From: Bacteroidales bacterium
GTDB taxonomy: Bacteria; Bacteroidota; Bacteroidia; Bacteroidales; VadinHA17
Assembly (NCBI GenBank): GCA_035360515.1
Contig: DAOSAY010000002.1
Coordinates: 67,789 to 131,788 of the forward strand
Length of the DNA stretch: 64,000 nucleotides
Reading direction: 5' to 3'
Of the stretch, positions 37,457 through 47,290 are shown piece after piece. The first letter of the stretch is position 1, and every line of letters starts with the position of its first letter. Made by a program: the position numbers and the translations under genes. Under the pieces are notes generated by a model, which saw nothing but the letters and a program-made list of their open reading frames with translations, was not told the DNA's origin and ran no database searches.

Positions 37457-38287
37457 TTATGAATTCAGGGCATAACGTATGAACCCTGTAATTTTTATTT
37501 CTTTGTCGACCGATTGAATATATTGTCTAACAGTCAGTTTGCTGTCTTTTGTAAATTCCTGATTCAGGAGAGTGCTCTCCTTGAAAAACTTATTTAATTT
37601 GCCCTGGGCTATTTTTTCCAGCATTTCTTCTGGTTTACCTTCCTGTCGGGCCTGTTCCTTGCCGATTTCAATTTCTTTTGCAATGATTTCAGGGTTTACA
37701 TCTTCTTTATCGATTGCAACCGGATTCATTGCAGCAACCTGCATTGCAATGTCCTTGTAGAACTGGAGGTCGAGGCCTGCTTTAGAAAATCCCACCAAAG
37801 ATGCAAGTTTATTTCCGGGATGTACGTATGCCTGTACATAAGGAGCTTCTATTTTGTCGTAAAAAGAAAGCTCAATTTTTTCCCCTATGACTCCTATATA
37901 TTCCACAATTTTTTCTGCAATGGGGGTACCATCGAGTTTAAGAGATTTCAGGCTTTCAAGATCGGCAGGTTTATTTGCGAGTGCGATATCGAGTATGTTG
38001 TTAGCCAGTTTCAGAAATTCTGCATTTCTTGCAACAAAGTCAGTTTCACTGTTAAGTACGATAATTGCACCATGTTTTCCGGTGGGGCATACTTTTGCAA
38101 GTACTGCACCTTCAGTTGCTGTTCTATCGGCACGTTTATTTGCAACTGCCTGACCTTTCTTACGTATGATTTCAACAGCTTTATTGAAATCTCCATCTGC
38201 TTCTTCAAGAGCTCTTTTGCAGTCCATCATTCCTGCAAGTGTAGCTTTTCTGAGTCTTACAACATCTTCAGTTGTTATATTAGCCAT
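37457..38287 (-). CDS. tsf: Translation elongation factor Ts
   Basis: N-terminal UBA-like block VRLRKATLAGMMDCKRALEEADGDFNKAVEIIRKKG and a 276-aa length. Confidence 0.95.
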   Translation of the reverse strand: MANITTEDVVRLRKATLAGMMDCKRALEEADGDFNKAVEIIRKKGQAVANKRADRTATEGAVLAKVCPTGKHGAIIVLNSETDFVARNAEFLKLANNILDIALANKPADLESLKSLKLDGTPIAEKIVEYIGVIGEKIELSFYDKIEAPYVQAYVHPGNKLASLVGFSKAGLDLQFYKDIAMQVAAMNPVAIDKEDVNPEIIAKEIEIGKEQARQEGKPEEMLEKIAQGKLNKFFKESTLLNQEFTKDSKLTVRQYIQSVDKEIKITGFIRYALNS

Positions 38288-38316
38288 AATATCTGTCTTT
38301 AAATTTAATTAATGAT

Positions 38317-39249
38317 TTAACTTTCCTGCTGTTCCTCTTCTTCTTCCTCTTCAGATTCTTCGATTTCTTCTTTTACAAGAATTTCATGTTCAGGTGAAAA
38401 TTCTTCCTCGAACATTTCAAGAGATTTTCTTGCTGATTTTATTTTTATCTCCTCGTCCTCGCTAACAATAACATCAATAATTGAATCCGGAACGGCCTGG
38501 GTTTCAAGTTCTTTACGTATTTCCTTCTTGTCTTTTGGAATTACTTCTTTGTCTTTTTCAAGTTTTCTTTCATTAAGGCCTTCCTCAATTGCCTTACAAA
38601 GAACATCGACTATGACTGCAATGGATTTGGATGCATCGTCATTTGCAGGTATAGGGAAATCGATATCTGAAGGGTCTGAATTTGTGTCCACCATTGCAAA
38701 AACAGGGATTCCAAGCCTCTTAGCTTCACGTACTGCTATATTTTCTTTGCAGACATCAACCACAAATATTGCTGATGGCAGCCTTGTCATATCGGCAATA
38801 CTTCCGAGAAGTTTTTCCAGCTTTGCGCGTTGGCGTGTAATCTGGAGTTTTTCACGTTTGGAGAGGTTTGCAAAGGTCCCGTCGGCTAGCATTTTATCGA
38901 TCGATGCCATCTTTTTGACTGCTTTCCTGATAGTAGGGAAGTTGGTTAGCATACCTCCCGGCCATCTCTCGGTAACGTAAGGCATATTTACCTTTTTGGC
39001 TCTTTCAGCAACGATTTCCTTTGCCTGTTTTTTTGTGGCCACGAAGAGAATCTTTTTGCCTGAACGGGCTATATGCTTCATTGCCGAAGCAGCTTCTTCA
39101 AGTTTTTCAATGGTTTTTTCCAGGTCGATAATATGGATTCCATTGCGCTCCATAAATATATAAGGAGCCATAGCTGGATTCCACTTTCTTTTCAAATGGC
39201 CGAAGTGTACACCGGCCTCCAGTAATTCTTCAAAAGTAACTCTTGGCAT
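38317..39249 (-). CDS. rpsB: 30S ribosomal protein S2 with an acidic C-terminal extension of about 80 aa
   Basis: The core begins MPRVTFEELLEAGVHFGH (start ATG 39249), and the tail ends EESEEEEEEEQQES. The 22 codons upstream of 39249 in the track ORF cover a structured non-coding element. Confidence 0.93.
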   Translation of the reverse strand: MPRVTFEELLEAGVHFGHLKRKWNPAMAPYIFMERNGIHIIDLEKTIEKLEEAASAMKHIARSGKKILFVATKKQAKEIVAERAKKVNMPYVTERWPGGMLTNFPTIRKAVKKMASIDKMLADGTFANLSKREKLQITRQRAKLEKLLGSIADMTRLPSAIFVVDVCKENIAVREAKRLGIPVFAMVDTNSDPSDIDFPIPANDDASKSIAVIVDVLCKAIEEGLNERKLEKDKEVIPKDKKEIRKELETQAVPDSIIDVIVSEDEEIKIKSARKSLEMFEEEFSPEHEILVKEEIEESEEEEEEEQQES

Positions 39250-39283
39250 TTTATGGTTTTTAAGTTTACATTCTGTTTTATCA

Positions 39284-39321
39284 ACCGCAGAGTAGTTCCG
39301 CTTTGCGGAAGTCAATGCGGT
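39284..39321 (-). other. Nested stem-loop between rpsI and rpsB (candidate rpsB leader or rpsI 3' structure)
   Basis: Outer 6-bp stem ACCGCA/TGCGGT encloses an inner 6-bp stem TTCCGC/GCGGAA with a 3-nt loop. It lies 35 nt upstream of the rpsB ATG, and no U tract follows it on the minus strand. Confidence 0.4.
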
Positions 39322-39366
39322 TTAGATACTAAACTTATATCTTAAATAAATTCACAGATTTCTTTC

Positions 39367-39753
39367 CTAACGTTTACTGAACTGGAATCTTTTCCTTGCT
39401 TTGGGTCTTCCGGGTTTTTTTCTTTCAACTTCCCTTGGATCGCGGGTAAGAAAACCATTATCTTTCAGAACTGACCTGAATTCAGGATCAACTTTAACAA
39501 GTGCCCGGGAGATGCCAAGTCTGAGAGCTTCAGCCTGACCTTTTATTCCGCCTCCGTCGAGATTGGCTTTAATGTCGTATTTTTCTGCAACATTCAGAAG
39601 AACCAGTGGCTGAGTAACCACACTGGAAAGAATTTCGTGTCCGAAATATTCTTTATAATCACGGTCATTTACCGTAATATTCCCTTTACCCGGGGTTAAA
39701 TAGACCCTTGCGACAGCAGATTTCCTTCTTCCTGTAGCGTTAATAACTTCCAT
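39367..39753 (-). CDS. rpsI: 30S ribosomal protein S9
   Basis: 128 aa ending ...[15 protein letters not shown], with [10 protein letters not shown] near the N-terminus. Confidence 0.95.
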   Translation of the reverse strand: MEVINATGRRKSAVARVYLTPGKGNITVNDRDYKEYFGHEILSSVVTQPLVLLNVAEKYDIKANLDGGGIKGQAEALRLGISRALVKVDPEFRSVLKDNGFLTRDPREVERKKPGRPKARKRFQFSKR

Positions 39754-39758
39754 GCGAA

Positions 39759-40214
39759 TTATTTAATGTTTGTTATATCGATTTTTTTGGGTTTCTGTGC
39801 CTCATGCTTGTGCTCACTTCCAGCGTATACATGCATATTTTTAAACAGGGCTCTTCCCAGCCTGTTTTTCGGTAGCATACCCTTAACTGCATGCTCAATG
39901 AGATAAATCGGATTTTTCCTGAGCATGTCTTCAGCTTTTGTTATTCTCTGTCCTCCAGGGTAACCTGTATGCCTTACATATTCTTTTTCATTCCATTTTT
40001 CACCGGTGAGAATTACCTTCTCAGCATTGATGACCACTACATTGTCGCCACAGTCAACATGAGGTGTGAAATATGGTTTGTGCTTCCCACGCAGCAGAGA
40101 AGCAATTACCGATGCCAGACGACCCAGAACCTGTCCTTCAGCATCAACAAGTACCCATTCCTTTTGGACTGTAGATTTATTAGCCGATTCTGTTCTGTAA
40201 CTTAAAGTATTCAC
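39759..40214 (-). CDS. rplM: 50S ribosomal protein L13 (GTG start)
   Basis: The N-terminus [35 protein letters not shown] is typical of L13. The start codon reads GTG. Confidence 0.93.
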   Translation of the reverse strand: MNTLSYRTESANKSTVQKEWVLVDAEGQVLGRLASVIASLLRGKHKPYFTPHVDCGDNVVVINAEKVILTGEKWNEKEYVRHTGYPGGQRITKAEDMLRKNPIYLIEHAVKGMLPKNRLGRALFKNMHVYAGSEHKHEAQKPKKIDITNIK

Positions 40215-40276
40215 TTTATATTGTTTTTATTTGATTTACTTATATTTATAAAATATTTACCCGATTAACGGGTCTG

Positions 40277-40284
40277 CAAAAATA
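40277..40284 (-). promoter_or_regulatory. Bacteroidota-type -7 promoter box (TATTTTTG = TAnnTTTG) upstream of rplM
   Basis: Exact match to TAnnTTTG on the minus strand, about 63-70 nt upstream of the rplM start. A 5-bp hairpin ACCCG-N5-CGGGT (40259..40273) lies just downstream. No well-spaced -33 TTTG was found. Confidence 0.35.
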
Positions 40285-40496
40285 CAACATATTTTCAAAA
40301 AAAAGAACTGTATGAGTAATTTTATTTAATTCTTATTTAAGCCAGCAATCCGCCATATATCTTTAATTGGTTAATTAATAGATTATTATCTGATACTTTT
40401 AACTTCTTTTAATCATTGAATCGGCATAATACATAAATACGATTTCGATATTTATAAAAATTAAGATATTAGCAGAGAACTTTTCCTGAATAGGTT

Positions 40497-41042
40497 ATGG
40501 TATCGAAGAAAAGTGATGAAACATATTGCGGTAAAAGACTTATGGCTGATTTTTATGAGCAGGATGTACTCACCGTTGCTCCTTCACTTCTAGGGAAAAT
40601 ACTTGTCGTGAAGCAGCCATCAGGGGATGTCTTAAGGTATAAGATAACAGAGACTGAAGCCTACAGGGGACATGAAGACAGGGCCTGTCATGCCTCAAAG
40701 GGTAAAACTCGGCGCACAGAGGTTATGTTCAGGCGTGGGGGATATGTTTATGTTTACTTTGTTTATGGTATGTACTGGATGCTCAATGTTGTAACCGGGC
40801 CTGAAAATGAACCACAGGCAGCGTTGATAAGAGGAATTGAAGGCTATGAAGGACCTGGGAGACTGACCCGTGTACTCGGAATTGATGGAACTTTCTACGG
40901 AGAAGACCTTACATCTTCAAAGCGGATATGGATAGAAGACAATGGTTATAAAGCTTCCTTTATTACATCACCACGGATCGGGATCAACTATGCAGGTCAG
41001 CCATGGGTTGATATGCCCTGGAGATTTATTCTCACAGCCTGA
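40497..41042 (+). CDS. DNA-3-methyladenine glycosylase (Mpg/AAG family)
   Basis: Motifs ETEAYRGHEDRACHASKGKTRRTEVMF and GGYVYVYFVYGMYWMLNVV. Confidence 0.85.
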   Translation: MVSKKSDETYCGKRLMADFYEQDVLTVAPSLLGKILVVKQPSGDVLRYKITETEAYRGHEDRACHASKGKTRRTEVMFRRGGYVYVYFVYGMYWMLNVVTGPENEPQAALIRGIEGYEGPGRLTRVLGIDGTFYGEDLTSSKRIWIEDNGYKASFITSPRIGINYAGQPWVDMPWRFILTA

Positions 41043-41048
41043 ACTTAT

Positions 41049-42146
41049 TTATTCCTTGATATTGAACAGAGTTATTCTCCTGTCGAAGTTTATATGAAGT
41101 GCAATGGCGGTGTCCATACGTTTGAGATTGAAATCATAATATCCTTCGAACCCCAGCATAAATTCAAAAAGCTCATGTGGAAACAGATTAAGATAAACAG
41201 CTCCGGTCCAGATTTTTCTTCTTGAAATAATATATCCAGGCTGGTAATCAGAAACACTACCATAAATCTGATTGCCATCGGGAGCATAAAAATTGTGAGA
41301 GAACCAGAAATAAGAGCCTATATAAAGTGACCGGTAACTGTAATGTAACCTCAGCCATGAAGCATTTCCTTCCGTTATGCCCATATCGCCCTTTCCTGTA
41401 AGTTCCCTGTAAACGAAATGGAGATATTCAACTCCGGGAACCCCTGCTTTTGCGCCAATATTGAAATTTAACCTGGCTCCTCCTGCGATATTTAAAAAAG
41501 TCAGTACATGTCCATTGTAGTTACTTATCTGACCTCCGAAATGTTTGAATTTTAACTGAACGGGGATATTTAAACTTATAAAACCATCAATAAAGTCACA
41601 TTTGTAACTGAAAGATTCTCCCGCAGTAAATACCTCCCGCACTGTATCTCCCCTGAAAATAAAATTCTCCCAGTTTAGCCATAAGTCGCTGAAGAGTTTA
41701 CCTGTCTCAGTTACAAATGATGCACCATTTTCGGTATAGGAAGTGTAAATTCGTTCAGAATCAAAATGCGGGTCGAACATTCTGTGTTTGTTACCTCCAT
41801 CAAATGCTCCGAGAGTAAGAGTACTGTTCCGGGTTACTTTCCATCTGGTGCTCAGAAGAAGTTGTGGTTTAATGGAAAAAGGTTCACCCGAATAAATTTG
41901 TTGGTGCATTCCTGCACTTATTTCAAACTTTTCTGAAGGGGCATAAGTAATAACAGGCCTTAAAAAACTTCCTATCAGAGTATAGCCTTCTACAATAGGA
42001 TTGAAATATTCGTTGTTCTTAATAAAACTTATGTTTTTAAGATCCAGAAAAACTTTACCGTTACTTTCCACTAAAGATTCATTCTCCTGAGCTGTTAATG
42101 TTGTCGCGCAACAGATCAAAAACAAAAAAGAAAAAATCTGTTTCAT
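41049..42146 (-). CDS. Hypothetical secreted / outer-membrane beta-rich protein
   Basis: The signal peptide MKQIFSFLFLICCATTLTAQ begins at ATG 42146, and the sequence has an aromatic-rich alternating pattern. The 74 codons upstream in the track ORF lack signal features and run toward the divergent gene. Confidence 0.6.
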   Translation of the reverse strand: MKQIFSFLFLICCATTLTAQENESLVESNGKVFLDLKNISFIKNNEYFNPIVEGYTLIGSFLRPVITYAPSEKFEISAGMHQQIYSGEPFSIKPQLLLSTRWKVTRNSTLTLGAFDGGNKHRMFDPHFDSERIYTSYTENGASFVTETGKLFSDLWLNWENFIFRGDTVREVFTAGESFSYKCDFIDGFISLNIPVQLKFKHFGGQISNYNGHVLTFLNIAGGARLNFNIGAKAGVPGVEYLHFVYRELTGKGDMGITEGNASWLRLHYSYRSLYIGSYFWFSHNFYAPDGNQIYGSVSDYQPGYIISRRKIWTGAVYLNLFPHELFEFMLGFEGYYDFNLKRMDTAIALHINFDRRITLFNIKE

Positions 42147-42267
42147 CAGTTTTATTTGAGCCATTAAAAATAATAAATTGTATTGTTTACAGGTTAAAAT
42201 GGCATCATAATGAATCACAAGTGATTTTTTTTGCGTTATTTGTCTGGCATTTGTAATCAATTCTATC

Positions 42268-45200
42268 ATGGATTCATCATACATCATTTTCAGGCGATGG
42301 AATAGCATTACCGGGTGGTTGATGTTTCTGATTTCCACTACAGTATATTTGATTACCATGGAACCCACTGTAAGTTTCTGGGATTGTGGTGAGTTTATTC
42401 TTTCAGCTTTCAGGCTTCAGGTAGGGCATCCTCCCGGTGCTCCGATGTTTATTATGCTTGGGCGTATTGCTACGTTGTTTGCAGGAGGAGATACATCAAA
42501 AGTGGCAGTTACAATGAATGCCCTTTCAGCGATATGCAGTGGATTTACGATTTTGTTCCTCTTCTGGACTATAACTCATCTTGTTAGAAAGGCTCTTTGT
42601 AATGATGGTATTCCTGCTTCAAATCAGATTTTTCCGGTCCTTGCAAGTGGTGTAACAGGAGCTCTGGCATATACTTTTTCTGACACTTTCTGGTTTTCAG
42701 CTGTCGAAGGTGAGTTATATGCAATGTCGTCTCTTATAACCGCTCTTGTATTCTGGGCGATGCTAAAATGGGAAGATGAAGCTGATGAACCCTCTGCTGG
42801 ACGGTGGATCGTTCTGATAGCATACCTGATGGGACTGGGCATGGGTATTCACCGGCTTAATCTGCTTGTGCTTCCTGTTCTGGTGTTCATTTATTATTTC
42901 AGGAAATATGAAGTGACTGTAAAAGGGTTACTTAAAACATTTGTTATAGCAGTAGCTCTTCTATGGTTTGTAGTTTTCGTTTTTATTCCTGGAGTTCCAA
43001 GGGTGGGAAGCTGGTTTGAACTTCTATTTGTTAATGTATTCGGTCTGCCTTATAATTCAGGACTTTTATTTTATGTGGCATTTCTCATTGCACTTTTAGT
43101 AATACTTGTAAGATATTCTCTAAAGAAGCAAAACATTCTCCTTAACTATATTGTTACCATATTGACGGTTATTCTTATAGGCTATTCATCATATGCCATG
43201 ATAATTATAAGGTCATCGGCAAAGCCGCCTATGAACCAGAATGACCCGTCAAACATTTTTTCGTTTATCTATTATATAAACATGGAGCAGTATGGCAGTT
43301 CACCAAAAGTTTATGGTAATTATTACAATGCTCCGGTAACGAGAGTCAGGGAAGTTATTGCTGGATACAACAAGATAAACGGAAGATATGAACCTTATTA
43401 CAGGCCGAAATACGGATACCATGAGAAATTCGAAACAATTTTCCCTCGCATGTACAGTTCAGAACCTGACCATGAAGCTGCATACAAATACTGGGGGAAA
43501 ATAAAGGGCAGGCGTTATACTGTTGAATCTTCATCAGGTAAAACGACTCTTGTTTGTCCTACTTTTGTGGAGAATCTGAGATTTTTTTTCAGGTACCAGG
43601 TAGGGTTTATGTATTTCAGGTATTTTATGTGGAATTTTGCGGGCAGGCAGAATGATATTCAAGGGAATGGAAATCCTCTTTACGGCAACTGGATAAGCGG
43701 GATAAAATTTATAGATAACGCAAGGCTTGGCGATCAGGATAAAATACCGGAGGAATTAAGGAAAAATCCAGGGCGGAACACATATTACTGTTTGCCTCTG
43801 CTCCTGGGCCTGGCAGGAATGCTCTGGCAATACAAAAGGGACAAGTACAGGTTCTGGGTGCTCTTTGGCTTCTTTTTCATGACAGGGCTGGCAATTATTG
43901 TATATCTGAATCAATATCCAAATCAACCTCGCGAAAGGGATTATGCCTATTCAGGTTCGTTTTATGCATTTTCTGTCTGGATTGGAGCAGGCTTTATGTT
44001 TTTTTATGAGTTTATTAAAAAGCTTGTTCCTGAGAAACCTGCAGCTATTCTCACATTTGTATTGTTGCTGGCTGCAGTTCCGGCTCTTATGGCATCACAG
44101 AACTGGGATGATCATGACAGGTCGGGCCGCTACACAGCACGGGCTATAGGTGCAAACTATCTTAAGTCTGTTGCACCGAATGCAATTCTGTTTACTTATG
44201 GAGATAATGATTCATTTCCTCTCTGGTATGCTCAGGACGTTGAAGGAACCAGAACAGATGTAAGGGTAGCAAATCTGAGTTACATTCAGGCTGGGTGGTA
44301 TATTGAAATGATGAGGCAGAAGGCATGGGATTCTGATCCTCTGCCCTTCTCACTCAGTCAGGATAAATATATTGAAGGCAAGAGAACTCAGTTGCCAGTT
44401 GAAGACCGTGTTGGGAGGCCTGTGCCGCTTAAACAGGTGGTGAATTTTGCCGGACTTGACGACCGGCAGGCAAAATTAGATATTACAGGAAGAGGAGATT
44501 TTCTCAATTACCTGCCGGCAAGTAAATTTATAATTGATGTTGACACTGCGTTTGTACTTGCAAACGGAACAGTAAAGAAATATTTTGCCGACAGCATAGT
44601 ATCACCGATGATTTGGGAGTATACCGAAACAGATGCATTTAAGGGGGACCTTGCAATTATGGATATACTCGCGACGAACAACTGGGTTCGCCCAATCTAT
44701 TTTTCAACCACAGTACCTTCCTCTCAGTACAAGGGGCTTGAGAAGTTTTTTGTGCAGGAGGGGCTTGCCTACAGGGTGGTGCCTGTACGAACGGGGAAGC
44801 CACTACCTGGAGAGTTCGGAATGATTGACACACATGTTATGTACGACAACCTGATGAATAAATTTCAATGGGGCAATGCAGATGCACCCGGTGTTTACCT
44901 TGATGAGAACAACAGAAGGATGTTCAGCAATTTCAAAAGGATGTTCGGCTCCCTTGGCATCAGGCTTATTGAGACAGGAGACACGCTCAGAGCTCTCGAA
45001 GTTGCTCACAGGGGACTCTCTCTGGTGCCTGAAGAGAAAATTCCGCATGACTATTTCGCGGTTACACTTGCAGAGGTTTTAATAAGAGGGCGTGAAAAGG
45101 AAGAAGGTTTAAGGCTAATAAATAAAATACTGGATTATGCACGTAGTTACCTTCAATATATTGTAAGAATACCTAAGGAAAAGAGATTTGGACTTGAGTA

Positions 45201-45339
45201 TCCTATAGGGGTAAATATGCAGGCAATGATTGACATTTACAGAATGTATAACCGTTTGGGAATGCTGGAAGAGGCAAAGGGACTTGAGAATGAGCTTGGA
45301 ATTTATTATCAGGAGCTTTATCCGGCAACATCACAATGA
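42268..45339 (+). CDS. DUF2723 large polytopic membrane protein (GT-C / PMT_2-like glycosyltransferase candidate)
   Basis: N-terminal TMEPTVSFWDCGEFI motif, at least 10 TM helices, and a soluble C-terminal domain of about 450 aa. Confidence 0.8.
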   Translation: MDSSYIIFRRWNSITGWLMFLISTTVYLITMEPTVSFWDCGEFILSAFRLQVGHPPGAPMFIMLGRIATLFAGGDTSKVAVTMNALSAICSGFTILFLFWTITHLVRKALCNDGIPASNQIFPVLASGVTGALAYTFSDTFWFSAVEGELYAMSSLITALVFWAMLKWEDEADEPSAGRWIVLIAYLMGLGMGIHRLNLLVLPVLVFIYYFRKYEVTVKGLLKTFVIAVALLWFVVFVFIPGVPRVGSWFELLFVNVFGLPYNSGLLFYVAFLIALLVILVRYSLKKQNILLNYIVTILTVILIGYSSYAMIIIRSSAKPPMNQNDPSNIFSFIYYINMEQYGSSPKVYGNYYNAPVTRVREVIAGYNKINGRYEPYYRPKYGYHEKFETIFPRMYSSEPDHEAAYKYWGKIKGRRYTVESSSGKTTLVCPTFVENLRFFFRYQVGFMYFRYFMWNFAGRQNDIQGNGNPLYGNWISGIKFIDNARLGDQDKIPEELRKNPGRNTYYCLPLLLGLAGMLWQYKRDKYRFWVLFGFFFMTGLAIIVYLNQYPNQPRERDYAYSGSFYAFSVWIGAGFMFFYEFIKKLVPEKPAAILTFVLLLAAVPALMASQNWDDHDRSGRYTARAIGANYLKSVAPNAILFTYGDNDSFPLWYAQDVEGTRTDVRVANLSYIQAGWYIEMMRQKAWDSDPLPFSLSQDKYIEGKRTQLPVEDRVGRPVPLKQVVNFAGLDDRQAKLDITGRGDFLNYLPASKFIIDVDTAFVLANGTVKKYFADSIVSPMIWEYTETDAFKGDLAIMDILATNNWVRPIYFSTTVPSSQYKGLEKFFVQEGLAYRVVPVRTGKPLPGEFGMIDTHVMYDNLMNKFQWGNADAPGVYLDENNRRMFSNFKRMFGSLGIRLIETGDTLRALEVAHRGLSLVPEEKIPHDYFAVTLAEVLIRGREKEEGLRLINKILDYARSYLQYIVRIPKEKRFGLEYPIGVNMQAMIDIYRMYNRLGMLEEAKGLENELGIYYQELYPATSQ

Positions 45340-45343
45340 AAAT

Positions 45344-45961
45344 ATGGCGGTGGTTTACAGATTGCCATGGGTTGCGAAATGGCTTTATCCCCAAGCAATG
45401 TCGACCGTTAAGTTTAGCGAGCAGGTTTTATGCCTGACTTTTGACGACGGACCCGACCCAGGCTCAACTCCTTATATAATGGATATTCTTAACAGGAATG
45501 CTATAAAAGCTTGTTTCTTCTGCACAGGAGAAAACGCTGAAAAATTCCCTGAGCTAGTTTCAATGCTGGTTAAGGAGGGACATGTATCAGGGAATCATAC
45601 TTACAGTCATTTAGATGGGATTGGAGTAACAACAAAGAGGTATCTTGATGACATTCTTAGAGCGGTTCCTTACACCTCCAGTGTTATTTTCAGACCTCCT
45701 TTTGGCCGCATGAAACCAGGGCAATACAGAGCTCTGGCAGGTTGTTATAAAATAGTTTTATGGGATCTTCTGGCAGCAGACTTTGCAGAAAATGTTTCGG
45801 GCAAAAAGATTATTGAGGAACTGAAAGTTAAAATAAGATCCGGGTCAATAATAGCACTGCATGATAAACCTATCAGCCGAAAGAAGAATTTTCTTGAAGA
45901 ATTTATAAAGATGATGAAGGATTCTGGATATACTTTTGTATTACCTGACTTTAATATGTAA
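45344..45961 (+). CDS. Polysaccharide deacetylase (CE4) family protein
   Basis: NodB motifs LTFDDGPDP and GNHTYSH. The start was set at ATG 45344, 5 nt after the upstream stop. Confidence 0.85.
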   Translation: MAVVYRLPWVAKWLYPQAMSTVKFSEQVLCLTFDDGPDPGSTPYIMDILNRNAIKACFFCTGENAEKFPELVSMLVKEGHVSGNHTYSHLDGIGVTTKRYLDDILRAVPYTSSVIFRPPFGRMKPGQYRALAGCYKIVLWDLLAADFAENVSGKKIIEELKVKIRSGSIIALHDKPISRKKNFLEEFIKMMKDSGYTFVLPDFNM

Positions 45962-46017
45962 ACTTTGAATTTTATATCCGTCAGAAATACTATTTTTGAA
46001 GAAATTTGTAAGAAGAA

Positions 46018-47289
46018 ATGAAGATACTTATTCTGGGATCAGGAGGACGAGAGCATGCTATTGCATGGAAACTTGCTCAGAGCAGCAAAGTGGAAGAGAT
46101 TTTTATTGCTCCCGGCAATGCAGGTACTTCAATGTGTGGAACGAACATAAACATTTCGCCAGAAAATTTTTCTGAGGTAAAGGAAGCGGTCCTTTCGACA
46201 GGGGTTGGCATGGTAGTAGTAGGACCTGAGGCACCTCTTGTAGGAGGTATACATGATTTTTTCCTTCAGGATGATGAGCTTAAAAATATACCTGTGATAG
46301 GTCCTGTTGGTGCTGCTGCAAAACTTGAGGGGAGCAAAGATTTTGCAAAGGGATTTATGAAAAAATATGGCATACCAACAGCTCCATACCGCACATTTGA
46401 CATTAATAATGTAGGAGAGGCCCGTTCATTTCTCGAATCTCTCAAGCCACCCTATGTGCTTAAGGCTGATGGACTTGCTGCAGGGAAGGGGGTTGTAATT
46501 CTGAATACTGTTAACGAAGCACTTTCAGAGCTGGATGCAATACTAACAGGAAAATTTGGAGAGGCAGGAAAGAAAGTTGTAATAGAGCAATATCTGAGGG
46601 GAATAGAGTTATCAGTTTTTATTGTAACAGATGGTAAGAATTACCGTATACTTCCTGAGGCAAAGGATTACAAGAGGGCAGGAGAGGGTGATACGGGTCC
46701 GAATACTGGAGGAATGGGTGCAGTTTCACCGGTGCCTTTTGCTACTGAACATTTTATGTACAGAGTTGAAAAAAGGATTATTAAACCCACCATTGAAGGC
46801 CTTGCAAATGAGGGTATCAGATACAAAGGATTCATTTTCTTTGGCTTAATGAATGTTAATGGAGAACCTTATGTAATTGAATATAATGTACGCCTGGGTG
46901 ATCCTGAAGCTGAAGTTATACTTCCGAGAATCAGTTCCGACTTTTATGACCTTCTTGAAGGAGTAGTAAATGGTAATCTTAATCGCCGGAAAATACAGAT
47001 AGACAGCAGGTATGTTGCAACAGTAGTGTTGGTGTCAGGAGGATATCCGGGAAAATACGAGAAAGGAAAGGTAATTTACGGGCTCGATCTTGTTTCAGAT
47101 TGTATTGTATTTCATTCGGGAACGAAAATAGAAAACGGTAACATTGTAACGAACGGCGGAAGAGTGCTGGCTATAACAGCCTATGGTTTAACATTATATG
47201 AAGCACTACAGAATGCTTACAGAAATGCCTCACTTATTTCCTGGGAAGGAATGTATTACCGTACTGAAATAGGTTTTGATCTGTTATGA
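46018..47289 (+). CDS. purD: Phosphoribosylamine--glycine ligase
   Basis: Motifs MKILILGSGGREHAIAWKL and the ATP-grasp core (LKADGLAAGKGV), in a 423-aa protein. Confidence 0.95.
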   Translation: MKILILGSGGREHAIAWKLAQSSKVEEIFIAPGNAGTSMCGTNINISPENFSEVKEAVLSTGVGMVVVGPEAPLVGGIHDFFLQDDELKNIPVIGPVGAAAKLEGSKDFAKGFMKKYGIPTAPYRTFDINNVGEARSFLESLKPPYVLKADGLAAGKGVVILNTVNEALSELDAILTGKFGEAGKKVVIEQYLRGIELSVFIVTDGKNYRILPEAKDYKRAGEGDTGPNTGGMGAVSPVPFATEHFMYRVEKRIIKPTIEGLANEGIRYKGFIFFGLMNVNGEPYVIEYNVRLGDPEAEVILPRISSDFYDLLEGVVNGNLNRRKIQIDSRYVATVVLVSGGYPGKYEKGKVIYGLDLVSDCIVFHSGTKIENGNIVTNGGRVLAITAYGLTLYEALQNAYRNASLISWEGMYYRTEIGFDLL

Positions 47290-47290
47290 G

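Noticed and set aside
42213-42226. Palindrome AATCAC-AA-GTGATT followed by T8 between the OM-protein gene and the DUF2723 gene
   Set aside because: The stem is only 5-6 bp with a loop that is too small. It lies in a divergent promoter region with nothing to terminate. It is weaker than the other repeats reported.
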